Positions 25,586 to 39,840 of a stretch of DNA of 64,000 nucleotides are shown here, one piece after another. The notes under the pieces were generated by a model. The model was not told where the DNA came from and searched no databases. It saw only the letters and a list, made by a program, of their open reading frames with translations. Source of the stretch: Octopus vulgaris (lineage: Eukaryota). The first letter of the stretch is position 1, and every line of letters begins with the position of its first letter. Position numbers and translations under genes: made by a program. The stretch is from the NCBI GenBank assembly GCA_951406725.2, contig OX597843.1, positions 4,774,001-4,838,000 of the forward strand, read 5' to 3'.

Positions 25586-27760
25586 GCTAGGCCAGGCCGT
25601 TATTCAACATACTTTTTCCCAGACTGGCATGGCTGGATAGTTTGTCAGGGAACTAGCAGGCTGAAGGGCTGCATCAAGCAACAATATCATCTTTGACAAG
25701 GTTTCTATGGCTGGATACCCTTCTTAATACAAACCACTTTACAGAGTGTAGTGGGTACTTTTTATGTGGCACCAGTGAGGTTGTCATGTAATTTGCAAGA
25801 CAGAAAAGGACAGAGAAAAGAAAAAGCTCCCACTACAAAGAGGGAGTATTTGAAAGAGGAACTTGGAGGTGAGCGGCTGTATGAAAACCAGTGTTGGTTT
25901 GTTTACATCCCTGAGAATTAGCAGTTCAGCATTAAGGGACGAATAGTAAAAGTACTCTCTTTACTCTTTTACTTGTTTCAGTCATTTGATTGTGGCCATG
26001 CTGGAGCACAGCCTTTAGTCGAGCAAATCAGCCCCAGGTCTCATTCTGTGTAAGCCTAGTACTTATTCTATTGGTTTCTTTTGCGGAACCACTAAGTTAC
26101 GGGGATGTAAACACACCAGCATCGATTGTCAAGTGATGTTGGGGGTGCAAACACAGACACACACACACATATACATATATACGACAGGCTTCTTTCAGTT
26201 TCCATCTACCAAATCCACTCACAGAAGACACTCAAGGTGCCACGCAGTGGGAATGAACCCAGAACCATGTGGTTGATAAGCAGGCTACTTACCACACAGC
26301 CACTCCTAAACCTTTAAAAGAAAAGATATATAAATACTGAGGTAGATTTGTTCAGCTATACCCTTCAAAGTGGTGCCCCAGCATGGCCTCAAATACATAT
26401 ACATGCATGTGACAGGCTTGTCAGTTTCCTTCTAATAAATCCACTCACAAAGCTTCGGTCAGCCTAGGGCTATAACAGAAGACACTTGCCCGAGGTGCCA
26501 CGCAGTGGGATTGAACCCAAAACCCATGTGGTTGCAAGCAAGTTTATTAACCACACAACTATGCCTACACCAGTAAAATATTAAGAAAAAAATAATTAAA
26601 ATTTTGTTTATTCCTCATTAACAACTAATGCATTATGATAAATTTAAAACAATATCTAAATTCTTGATACTAAATTAATTAGCTGATTAAGCAATGTTAA
26701 TTAAACCACACTGTTAATTGTACCCTACAGTGTGTCTATTTTTAGCTATATTTCCCTGTTGATACTAATTAAATTTTCTCTTTAATTAAAACTTTAACAT
26801 TGGATATTGTTTATAATTACCTTTTAACAATAGATATTTAAATCATAGCTAGGTGCAGGAGTGGCTGTGTGGTAAGTAGCTTGTTTACCAACCACATGGT
26901 TCCGGGTTCAGTCCCACTGCGTGGCATCTTGGGCAAGTGTCTTCTGCTATAGCCTCGGGCCGACCAAAGCCTTGTGAGTGGATTTGGTAGACGGAAACTG
27001 AAAGAAGCCCGTCATATATATGTATATATATATATATGCGTGTGTGTGTTTGTGTGTCTGTGTTTGTCCCCCTAGCATTGCTTGACAACCGATGCTGTCC
27101 CAGTTACTTAGCGGTTCGGCAAAAAGAGACCGATAAAATAAGTACTGGGCTTACAAAAAGAATAAGTCCCGGGGTCGAGTTGCTCAGCTAAAGGCGGTGC
27201 TCCAGCATGGCCGCAGTCAAATGACTGGAACAAGTAAAAGAGTAAGAGAGACCTGCTGAAAATAGCAATGAAATCTCCCTCAAATCACACCTCACAGTTT
27301 TATCCTTGTATATATGTACAAACAAGACTTAGGTGGGTGTGATTTGAGAGAGATTTGGCTGCTATTTCTGTCTTATCGATGTATATATGTACGTATGAAC
27401 CAACGAGAGAGACCTCTGCATGTTGCATAATAGCTAGATTTAGTAGAAATAGCAGCGGTTCATGTATAGGAACTGCAGCAGCCCCTATTTCTATTCGGTA
27501 TAATCGATAACATTCAATATAACGAGCCCTTTTTTCTCTAATTCTTTCTTTATACTTGTATATTATATAATCCTTAAGTTTAATGTCAGCAGTTTATGGA
27601 AAAAATACAAAAATCTTTATATATGGAAGCGGGTCACTAAAGTGTAGTTATACCCATAACACTACAATATGGTGGCGAAATAGAAAGTTAACTCCCTTTA
27701 CGACCGGAGTTCAATTCTTGTCAAGGTCGACCGTCTTCTGGGGTCGATGAAAGGGAAGGT

Positions 27761-27808
<48 letters not shown>

Positions 27809-27815
27809 TATATAT

Positions 27816-27849
<34 letters not shown>

Positions 27850-28444
27850 CAGTCGCACGTATGCGTGCATGTATGAGTGTGTGTGTGAGTGTGTGTCTGT
27901 GTGTGTGTGTGTGACTGCGTTCTTGCGTGAGAGTATGTGTGCAAGAACGGGCATGTGTATGCGCATGCGCGCACGTGCACGATTGCGTGCATTCGCGCGC
28001 TTATGTGCACGTGCATGTGTGCGCGCGTATTTCTGCGTTGAATTTAGTAATTCTTGCTTCTGTGGGAAGAGGGGGGGGTAAAATTTTTTTGGGAGATTTC
28101 AAACTAGAAAACCGATGCTAAAGCTTGTAAAATAAATATTTATCCCACATCGTTTTGTGGTAGAATTAATATTCTTTTACTCGTCCTGTGTATTCACATG
28201 CGATACGCAGGACACATTCATATACGACGATATACATTCATATACGACGATATACATTCCCAATTTTTTTTTTCAACCACCAGAATAACTTGGGACTCGT
28301 AAAAGAAAAGCTTTATATTATTCAGAACCTATGAAAAATTTTTGGACAGGCAAAGCGTTAATGTCACAGAGTCTCGCTGTAAAGACATATTCTGTATAAC
28401 AATAATTCACCAATGTCACACTAAAACTGTCTCTTAAAAACATT

Positions 28445-28695
28445 GGATCTTTTCGGTTTGAACGGCAGTTTTTTTTTTCTAGCGGTGTCATATGAAATTG
28501 TCACCCATAATTATGACCCTAGTATCGATCTATTGCATTTCAATCTCTTTTACGGTTAGGGGTGGGGGGAAGGGTATCTTTTTTTTCTTCTTCACAAATG
28601 TAAATAAACCCAATCTGTTTCTTAAACGAGGGACATATTCATACGGCACAGAATGATTTTTTTTTACCTCAATAGACGTCATTGATTGGTTGAAT
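28445..28695 (+). mobile_element. Non-autonomous DNA element fragment (GGATCTTTTCGGTTTGAACGGCAG end)
   Basis: Shares acgtcattgattggttgaa with ~49005-49204, which ends in an inverted-like terminus ...ctgtcggtcaaagctaaagatcc; family not determined. Confidence 0.5.
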
Positions 28696-28936
28696 GATCT
28701 GAGATTCAAAGAGTTTCCAAGCTCTGAGAACATTTTAACTTTTACCTGGTTTCTGTTATTGAACTACGACCACGCTGGAGCCCTGCTTTGAAGGTTTTGT
28801 TGTGAAGCCCTGGTATTTATTATCAAATTCTTTTTGCCAACAGCCATCCACTCAAGTGGATCGATGGTGCTTTTTTTGGATGGTGCTTTTTCGTGCCACT
28901 GGCACGGAGGCCAGTTGGGGCGGCGCTGGCAACGGC

Positions 28937-28970
<34 letters not shown>

Positions 28971-28971
<1 letters not shown>

Positions 28972-29400
28972 TACGGAGATGTACTTTCATAGCAAGTGAG
29001 CTGATCTGAGATCGTGTGCTGGAACGAAAACAATTGCAGCGTGGAAGGTGTTCATAAGCCATTTAAGAAACACACAAAAGCCGTTAGATTCACTTCAACA
29101 TTTAAATTTAATTTGTCAAAATATTTCAGTCACTCTGAGACCGCAACCTGTTCACTGACAGTGAACAGGTCGGTATATGCATGTATATAATTAAGAGACA
29201 AAACCTCTATCAAGTAATTCAATTAATAGTGGAAGATATTAATTATAATAAATCATATAGAAAGAATTTAAATATATTATAATAAATATTATTCTAAAAA
29301 TCACTAAATTTAATTTAATTGCACCTTCCACGCTGCAATTGTTTTTTTTTGTTTCAGCAAAGATCAGGTCACTTGCTATGCAAGTACATCATCTCCATAA
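28971..29400. mobile_element. Fold-back element (probable Penelope-like terminal remnant) in (TA)n
   Basis: Inverted termini ttacggagatgtactttcatagcaagtgagctgatct...aattgcagcgtggaaggtg / caccttccacgctgcaatt...agatcaggtcacttgctatgcaagtacatcatctccataa. Confidence 0.7.
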
Positions 29401-29616
29401 TATATATATATATAATGGATGGTACTACACTGCTGTGTAGTCAAGTCCAAGTGTAAGTAGTTTAACTGGATCAAACTACCACCTACACATTCCTTGATTG
29501 ATATTTTATTGATCTTTGAAAACAGAACGATGAAGTCACTACTTGTATTAAGTCAACTAAAAGCCTAACCAAACACACTATCTATATTTATATACATATG
29601 CGTGTGTGTGATAAAT

Positions 29617-29946
29617 AAAATGAGATAACAAAGCCAAGGCAGTGTAAAATTTCTAGGACATTTATTTATAAAGAAAAACATAGCCTTACAGCTGTTTCAG
29701 GGATGAGGGGGATAGCCCTTCATCAGAGACAATATGACAGAATGAAATAGAGGGAAATAGTAGAGTACAGTATAAGGAGTTATTTTGGAAAAGGGGAGAT
29801 ACAGGAAGTATAATTTCCTTCTATTTAACTCTCTCACATCGTCTCTGATGAAGGGCCGTCCCCCATATACCTGAAATACCTGTATGGCTACCTTTCTCTT
29901 TATAAATGTCCAAGAAATTTCACACTTGGCTTTGTTGTCTCATTTT
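29617..29946. mobile_element. Penelope-like inverted terminal repeat pair carrying hammerhead motifs
   Basis: ~110-bp inverted arms 29617-29730 and 29841-29946, each with CTGATGA...GAAA. Confidence 0.75.
29683..29730 (-). ncRNA. Minimal type-I hammerhead ribozyme
   Basis: gtct-CTGATGA-aggg(ctatccccctcat)ccct-GAAA-c(agct)g-TA-aggc: canonical core, stems I/II/III pair, palindromic loop 3. Confidence 0.7.
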
Positions 29947-30315
29947 AAGTAACATACAACCCACATTAAACTCCTCACTCATACTCTTATTAAACTGGGA
30001 GTCTAACAACAGTCTGTCCGTAGCACACTTGCATAGCCTCACTTGGGTCTTCTTGGATACCAAAAACCTCTTATCTATATATATATACTCTTTTACTCTT
30101 TTATTTGTTTCAGTCATTTGACTGCGGCCATGCTGGAGCACCGCCTTTAATCGAGCAACTTGACCCCGGCACTTATTCTTTGTAAGCCCAGTACTTATTC
30201 TATCAGTCTCTTTTTGCTGAAGCGCTAAGTGACAGGGACATAAACACACCAGCATCGGTTGTCAAGCGATGCTAGGGGGACAAACACAGACACACAAACA
30301 TACACGCACACACAC

Positions 30316-30360
<45 letters not shown>

Positions 30361-30642
30361 TATATACGATGGGCTTCTTTCAGTTTCTGTCTACCAAAGT
30401 CCACTCACAAGGCTTTGGTCAGCCCGAGGCTATAGTAGAAGACACTTGCCCAAGGTGCCACGCAGTGGGACTGAACCCGGAACCATGTGGTTGGTAAACA
30501 AGCTACTTACCACACAGCCACTCCTATAATAATAATATTAGGGAATAAATCCAAACTTACAGGGAAAAATTAGATTTAGGATTAAATCAAATTTCACAGT
30601 ATAATTGATTTGCCTAATAGTGGTTTTATCTCTAATTTAATT

Positions 30643-30674
<32 letters not shown>

Positions 30675-30698
30675 GGCTTAGGAGTGGCTGTGTGGTAA

Positions 30699-30757
<59 letters not shown>

Positions 30758-32298
30758 TGTGTATATATATATATGTGTGTGTATGTGTGTGTCTGTGTTT
30801 GTCCCCCCAACATCGCTTGACAACCGATGCTGGTGTGTTTACGTCCCCGTCACTTAGCGGTTCGACAAAAAGAGACCGATAGAATAAGTACTGGGCCAAA
30901 AGAATAAGTCCCGGGGTCGAGTTGCTCGACTAAAGGCGGTGCTCAAGCATGGCCGCAGTCAAATGACTGAAACAAGTAAAAGAGTATACATACATACACA
31001 TATATATATACCCATCATTATTTAACATCCACTCTCCATACTCTCATGGGTTAAACAGTTTCACTGGAGCTGATGGGCTGGGGAGTTGAACCAGCTTCCA
31101 GTTTGGTTTGGCATGATTTCTATCGACAACCAGATGCCCTTCCTAACCCCAACCACCCCAGCAGTGTAACGGGTACATTTATGTACCACCAGCATGGGTG
31201 CCATTTACACGGCACCGGCAGCAACCACATGCTTGAGCACCACCTTAAAAGGTTTTAGTCAAACAAGTCAACCCCAGAACTTATCTTTTAAGCCTAGTGC
31301 TTATTCTATCAGTCTCTTGTGCCAGATCGCTAAGTTATGGGGACGTAAACACACCAACACCGGTTGTCAAGTGATGGTGGGGGAACAAACACGCACATAG
31401 ATAAATATATATTTATGGTTCAAAGTTCAGTTCCACTGCATGGCACCTTGGGCGAGTTTCTTCTACAGCCTCGGGCCGACCGAAGCCTTGTGAGTGGATT
31501 TGGTAAAACGGAAACTGAAAGAAGCCTGTTGTGTGTGTGTGTGTGTGCGTCTTTGTTTCTCCATCACCATTTGACAGTTTGTTTATGTCCCTGTAACTTA
31601 GCGGTTCAGCAAAAGAACCGATAGAATAAAGTACTAGGCTTATAGAATAAGTTAAGGTGGTGAGCTGGCAGAATCGTTAGCATGCTGGGCAAAATGCTTA
31701 GCAGTATTTCGTCTGACTTTACATTCTGGGTTCAAATTCTGCCGAGGTCGACTTTGCCTTTCATCCTTTCGGGGTCGATAAATTAAGTACCAGTTACGCA
31801 CTGGGGTTGATGTGATCAACTTCATCCCTTTGTCTGTCCTTGTTTGTCCCCTCTGTGTATAACCCCTTGTGGGTAGTAAAGAAATAGGTATTTTGTCTGC
31901 CGTTACGTTCTGAGTTCAAATTCTGCCGAGGTCGACTTTGCCTTTCATCCTTTCGGGGTCGATAAAGTACCAGTTACGCACTGGGGTTGATGTAATCGAC
32001 TTCATCCCTTTGTTTGTCCTTGTTTGTCCCCCATGTTTAGCCCCTTGTGGGTAATAAAGAAACAAGAATAAGTACTAGGCTCATAAATAAGTCATGGGGT
32101 TGATATGTTTGACTAAAACCCATCAAGGGAGTGCTCCAACATGGCCACAGTCAAACGACTGAAGCAAGTAAAGAAATATGACTATTCGTATGTCATCGTG
32201 GATCTATCGTCATAGAATCATCATCATCATTTAATGTCTGTTGTCCATGTCAGCATGGGTTGGACGATTTGACCAGAGCTGACAAGCTGGAGAGCCGT

Positions 32299-33133
32299 GG
32301 TGCGTATTATACACAAGGTCTAGGTTTTTCAGAGGTACAGCCCCCTAAAAATCCCCTGCGTATACACGTTTGCATTATGTTATATATACAATAATAATAA
32401 AGGACGTCAAACATATCAACCCCCATGTGCAGGAGTGGCACATTGGTTCCGGGTTCAGTCCCACTGTGTGGCACCTTGGGCAAGTGTCTTCTGCTATAGC
32501 CTCGGACCGACCAAAGCCTTGTGAGTGGATTTGGTAGACGGAAACTGAAAGAAGCCCTTGTATATATGTATATATATATATATATATGCGTGTGTGTTTG
32601 TGTTTGTCCCCCTAGCATTGCTTGACAACCGATGCTGGTGTGTTTATGTCCCCGTAACTTAGCAGTTCGGCAAAAGACACCGATAGAATAAGTACTGGGC
32701 TTACATAAAAAAAGAATAAGTTCCAGGGTAGAGTTGCTCGATTAAAGGCGGTGCTCCAGCATGGCCGCAGTCAAATGACTGAAACAAGTAAAAGAGTATA
32801 TACATTTTTACAAACCAAGGACGTTATATAGACCTCCTTGACTCAAGTTAGAGAAGGGGTGCGTATTATACACAAGGTCTAGGTTTTTCAGAGGTACAGC
32901 CCCCTAAAAATCCCCTGTGTATACACGTTTGCATTATGTTATATATACAATAATAATAAAGGACGTTACTGTATACATTTTTACAAACCAAGGACGTTAT
33001 ATAGACCTCCTTGACTCAAGTTAGAGAAGGGGTGCGTATTATACACAAGGTTTAGGTTTTTCAGAGGTACAACCTCCTAAAAATCCCCTGCGTATTATAC
33101 TCAAGGGCGGACTATACTCGAGGGTTTACGGTA
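32299..33133 (+). mobile_element. Tc/pogo-like MITE end with ~172-bp internal tandem repeats, interrupted by a SINE
   Basis: Repeated gtgcgtattatacacaaggtctaggtttttcagaggtacag...; terminus ...ctatactcgagggtttacggTA resembles CCGTA-type TIRs. Confidence 0.55.
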
Positions 33134-33204
33134 CTGTTTGTTCTTATAGCAAGGCTCTAGAATGGCCAAATGAGACTCCTATGTGATGCTCCAAAGCCAG
33201 CTTC

Positions 33205-33720
33205 TTCTACAAAAATAACAGGCAAATCTCCCTCAAATCACACACTTCTGTCTTACGTATGTATTGGTCAGAAGGGGCCTTCTATGTCTTAGCTTGACCT
33301 GGTAGAAATAACAGGCAAATCTCCCTCAAATCACACACTAGTGTCTTACGTATGTATTGGTCAGAAGGGGCCTTCTATGTCTTAGCTTGACCTGGTAGAA
33401 ATAACAGGCAAATCTCCCTCAAATCACACACTAGTGTCTTACGTATGTATTGGTCAGAAGGGGCCTTTTATGTCTTAGCTTGACCTGGTAGAAATAACAG
33501 GCAAATCTCCCTCAAATCACACACTAGTGTCTTACGTATGTATTGGTCAGAAGGGGCCTAATATGTCTTAGCTTGACCTGGTAGAAATAACAGGCAAATC
33601 TCCCTCAAATCACACACTAGTGTCTTACGTATGTATTGGTCAGAAGGGGCCTTTTATGTCTTAGCTTGACCTGGTAGAAATAACAGGCAAATCTCCCTCA
33701 AATCACACCCCCACTGTATG
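33205..33720 (+). repeat. 93-bp minisatellite, ~5.5 near-identical copies
   Basis: Units at 33212, 33305, 33398, 33491, 33584, 33677; same parent repeat as 18845-19885. Confidence 0.93.
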
Positions 33721-34803
33721 TGTATGAATCAATGAGGGTAAACCTATTTGGTAAACCTGCTAGAAACCGCTGCTAAATCTCCCTCAAATCATACCTTACT
33801 GTCTTTCTATCCGATCGACAAAGCTTAATGTCGGATAAAACACAACAGCATTTGCTTATGTGTCTTCAGAACCAGAGTTCAAGTCCGGCGAGATTCACCT
33901 TTCTGGTTTTTATTCTTCCGGGGACCGATAAAACAGGTACCAGTCATATATTCGGGTCCGGCCCGCCCAACGTGTACCCGCGTTTCCTCACTAAAATATG
34001 TCTATGAACCATTGTTATTTAACCTCGATTCCACGAATTTCCGCTCTAAAGTGAAAGTATTACATATATATATATATATATATATACACAAATATACACG
34101 CATACATACATTATATATATATACACACATTATATAGACATACGAATATATACACACACACATTATATATATATATACACAATTATATATACACACACGC
34201 GCATATACAAACATCGATTAGTAAATATGCACACTCTAAAGTGAAAGTATTACATACATATATATACACAAATATACACACATACATATATTATATATAT
34301 ATATATACACAATTATATACACACATTATATAGATATACGAATATATACACACACACACATATATATATATATACATACATATATACATTATATATATAT
34401 ATATACACAATTATATACACACATTATATAGATATACGAATATATATACACACATATATACATTATATATATATACACAATTATATACACACATTATATA
34501 GACACACACACATATATATACACACAAACATACATACGAATATATACATACATACATTATATATATACACACATATACAAACACACATACAACATTATAT
34601 ACACACACATACATACATTATATATACATACACGCGCATATACAAACATCCATTAGTAAATATGCACACTTGCAAATACAAACGTCTGTATAACCACACA
34701 CAAGCATATGCCAAATATATCTGTATATACAAACGTATGTATATACATAAGTATACACACGTGTACATTCTCAAATGTATTGATATACACAAATATAAAT
34801 ACA

Positions 34804-34850
<47 letters not shown>

Positions 34851-35037
34851 ATACTCAAGCACACACACACACACACATCTACGTATATACCTACGTGCGC
34901 GCGTGTATATTTTAAAGTACATATACAAAATTATGTATATAGACCATTATTCTTATAAAGGGGTTTTATTGAACATACAGCAGTCTTCTACATTTATAGT
35001 CAAATCAAAAACTTTAACGACGATATAAACACACTAA

Positions 35038-35089
<52 letters not shown>

Positions 35090-35477
35090 AACACGTGCTT
35101 GTTTAAAAAAACCGAGGCCTAATTAAATCCCAACGGTAGCACCCTTCTTTATCTGAGGTGTGTGTATATATACACACATCCATATATATTCTCACATGCA
35201 GACATATACACACAAACATATATATACACACATACACAGGCATATATGCACACGAACATAACATGAATATATATACATACATACATACATACACGCAAAC
35301 AGAGGCATAGATAGACGTGTGTGTATATGTTTGTGTACATATGTATGTATATATATATATATTTGTGTTATGTTCGTCTGCATATATGCCTGTGTATGTG
35401 TGTATATATGTCTGTATGTGTATATATGTGCGTATGCACACACGCATATCTCAGTATAGACACAAACATATACACAC

Positions 35478-35523
<46 letters not shown>

Positions 35524-36442
35524 AACATATATACTACATACAAATACATATATGCACACGCACTAACACACATACACAACATACAACATATATACACACA
35601 CACACATATATACACATACACACAAACATATATACATACAATTATACATACATATACATATATACACACACACACACATTGTATTCACCCAACAAAAGCA
35701 GGCAGTAAGTTCTCTGGCTAAGTTATTTCACTTTAAACAAAGGAACAGACATTAAACGGATATATATATATATATATACACACATACATATATAATGTAC
35801 CCGAGTGTGCGTGAAAACTGTGGATACGGGTGGGAAAATAGTTAATTGTAGCGTGCAGTGTTCAAATAGCGGGATTGGAAGGTGAGCAGAAATAGACACG
35901 TGTATATATAACTATACACACACTCGCATATATATACATAAATATATACATACGTATACACACGTTACATACGTGCACAAAAACTATGCATACATACATG
36001 TAAACGCATAGAGGTATACGCAAAGATAAACGTATATATATATACACACTTGAAGCAAACATATGCATGTTAAGTAATGTATATACGTATATAACTATCT
36101 TTATACACATAGTAATATACATACGTGCATGTCTATAGACACAGATATGGAAAGTATATATATATATATATTACACATGGACATGGAAAGTATATATATA
36201 TATATATTACACATGGACATATATATATATGTCCATGTGTGTGTATATATATATATATATATTACACATGGACATATATATATATGTATATATGAGAGAT
36301 AGCTTATGGAATATACATTCATATACACACAGTAAATGAAAATATATATACATCACATGGCAATGTGGATACGCATCTAACTATACACACAGAATTATAT
36401 AAACTCATATATATATATGAATACATATAACGATGCATGTAT

Positions 36443-36485
<43 letters not shown>

Positions 36486-36973
36486 AGAAAGAGGGTATAA
36501 CCGTAATTTAGCTGTGGAAATTCGAATCCTTGTTTTATGCAAAGCCATTCTGTACCCCAATCTACCCCAGAATAGTAACCACTTGTATGTATATATATAT
36601 GTATAATTGTCTTTCATTTACACATACATTGTTTCCATACTAATTAACAAAACGGTAATTGCAAACAAGGCCTGAAATTCGGTCGTTAATTACAATAAAT
36701 TTCAGTCAGATCAGTGAAGCATTTAAACACCACCTCCACCACCACCACCAGCACACCACCCGACTATCATTATTATTATTATTTATTATGGTTGTTGTTC
36801 TTCTTCTTCTTATTGCTGGTTTGTCCCATTCATATCCTTTTGTTGTCCTGTCCAATTAAGCAATTAATGAATGACAGACAGGACGATCCAAGCAGAATAT
36901 ATATATATATATAAGCTTAATTAGCAGATAAGAAAGAGCACCTTGCTCACATTAATGATAACTATGATGATGG

Positions 36974-37016
<43 letters not shown>

Positions 37017-37440
37017 GGTAGTTATAATAATAATAATAATAATAATGATGATGATATTGATAGCATATAGTAACAATATTAATAAAGGATAACAATTATG
37101 ATGATGATGGTGGTGGTTGTGGTGGTGGAGGAGGCAGTGAGGGTTACACCACTAATTACAGCATATAAGAAACAACATTAAATATAATATAGATATAATA
37201 TAATATAAATATATATAGAGACCATGAGGGTTTAGTAGCTGGCGTGTAGTCTGCACTGGTAGTATCCTCCTGGAGTGGTTACAATTGCTGCACACATATA
37301 TATATAGAAACAGATATATACACACATATATATATATGTATACACCACACGCACATGCAGTTAAGCAGCTAAATGCAATTATATAGACAGAAGGCAGGAT
37401 CGCACTGAATATATTGTTACATACGAGGCAGAAACAATAT

Positions 37441-37471
<31 letters not shown>

Positions 37472-37494
37472 ATAAATTAATTAAACATGCCTAT

Positions 37495-37547
<53 letters not shown>

Positions 37548-37559
37548 TATCTATATAAT

Positions 37560-38131
37560 CTTTTTCTGTTCATTTTTTTCTATCTTCACTCTCTCTTTCT
37601 TTCTCTTTCACTCTCTCTCTCTCCGCTTTGTCTTTATCTATTTTTATTCTCACTTTCCCCCTCTCTCTCTCTCTCTCTTTCTCTCTCTATTTATCTTTCT
37701 CTATTCTTCTCTCTTTAACGGTTCTTTATACCCTCTATCTCCCCCTCTCTCTCTATCTCTCGCTCTCTATTTCTCTTTGTCTCCCTCTAGCGGATCTTTC
37801 CCCCTCTCTCTCTATTTCTCTTTCTCTCCCTCTAGCAGATCTTTCCCCCTCTCTCTCTATTTCTCTTTGTCTCCCTCTAGCAGATCTTTCCCCCTCTCTC
37901 TCTATTTCTCTTTGTCTCCCTCTAGCAGATCTTCCCCCTCTCTCTCTCTCTCTATTTCTCTTTCTCTCCCTCTAGCAGATCTTTCCCCCTCTCTTTCTCT
38001 CTATTTATCTTTCTGTATTCTCCTCTCTCTTTAACGGTTCTTTATACCCTTTCCCTCTCCGTCTCTCCCTCTCTATTTCTCTTTCTCTCCCTCTAGCAAT
38101 TCTTTGACCCTCTCTACCTCTTTTTTTACAG

Positions 38132-38163
<32 letters not shown>

Positions 38164-38530
38164 AACGTTACTCTATCTATCTTCACCCTCTTTTTCACTT
38201 TTACATGTTTCACTCTGTCTCGACTTTACTCTATCTCTCTTTATCTATCTTTACTATCTCTCTCTCTAAGTATCTCTGTATGACTTTAACCCTCTCTATC
38301 TATCATCACTCTTACTCTTACGCTCTCTAACAGTGGCCTAACTCCCCCTCACTTTCTGTATCTATCTATCATGTTTCACTCTCCCTTTCTGTCTCACATT
38401 CTCCCTAACGATTCTCTTACCCTCTCTTTCTTTGCAATTGTCTCTCTGGATCTCTCACTCTCTTTCTCTCGCTCCTTTCCTCCCTCCCTGTCTCTTTCCA
38501 TCTCTCTCCTTCAAATCTTCCTGTCTCTCT
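37560..38530. repeat. Polypyrimidine tract with a ~45-bp minisatellite (tctccctctagcagatctttccccctctctctctatttctcttt)
   Basis: About five to six repeats between 37760 and 38100. Confidence 0.88.
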
Positions 38531-38545
38531 CATACGCACATTCAG

Positions 38546-38603
38546 TTAGATAGGTAGATAGATAGATAGACAGACAGATAGACATTTAGACAGACAGACA
38601 GAC

Positions 38604-38686
<83 letters not shown>

Positions 38687-38715
38687 CAGATAGATAGACA
38701 TTTAGACAGACAGAC

Positions 38716-38746
<31 letters not shown>

Positions 38747-39024
38747 CAGATAGACAGACAGACAGATAGATAGACAGACAGATAGACAGACAGATAGACA
38801 TTTAGACAGACAGATAGACAGATAGATAGATAGACAGATAGATAGATAGATAGACAGATAGATAGATATGTTTCTTTATTAGCCACACAGGGCTGCACAC
38901 AGACAGGACAAAATTACAAGGTAGAGCTTTTCTTTTGGGGATAAAAAAAAAGGGGGTTTGGTTTTCGATCAAAAGAGATCGTAAAAGGAAAGAAAGAGGA
39001 CAAAAAAGGGGATGGGATAAAAAA

Positions 39025-39061
<37 letters not shown>

Positions 39062-39095
39062 CAGATAGATGGATGGATGGATAGATGGATGGATG

Positions 39096-39185
<90 letters not shown>

Positions 39186-39198
39186 AAGATAGATAGAT

Positions 39199-39285
<87 letters not shown>

Positions 39286-39310
39286 AAGATAGATAGATAG
39301 GTAGATAGAT
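38546..39310. repeat. (GATA/GACA/GGAT)n microsatellites flanking a probable retroelement 3' tail
   Basis: Seen directly; non-SSR spacer ttctttattagccacacagggctgcacac... at ~38870-39025. Confidence 0.85.
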
Positions 39311-39802
39311 GCGGATGCACACACACACACACACATATAGCTTCAGGGATGCAAACAGGAACAATAGGACTCAGAACATGAGTGTATAAATATATGCAGG
39401 AGTGGCTGTGTGGTAAGTAGCTTGCTAACCAACCACATGGTTCCGGGTTCAGTCCCACTGCGTGGCACCATGGGCAAGTGTCTTCTACTATAGCCTCGGG
39501 CCGACCAATGCCTTGTGAGTGGATTTGGTAGATGGAAACTGAAAGAAGCCTGTCGTATATATGTATATATATATATATATATATATGTGTATGTGTTTGT
39601 GTTTGTCCTCCTAGCATTGCTTGACAACCGATGCTGGTGTGTTTATGTCCCCGTCACTTAGCGGTTCGGCAAAAGAGACCGATAGAATAAGTACTGGGCT
39701 TACAAAAGAATAAGTCCTGGGGTCGATTTGCTCGACTAAAAAGGCGGTGCTCCAGCATGGCCGCAGTCAAATGACTGAAACAAGTAAAAGAGAGTAAAAA
39801 GA

Positions 39803-39840
<38 letters not shown>

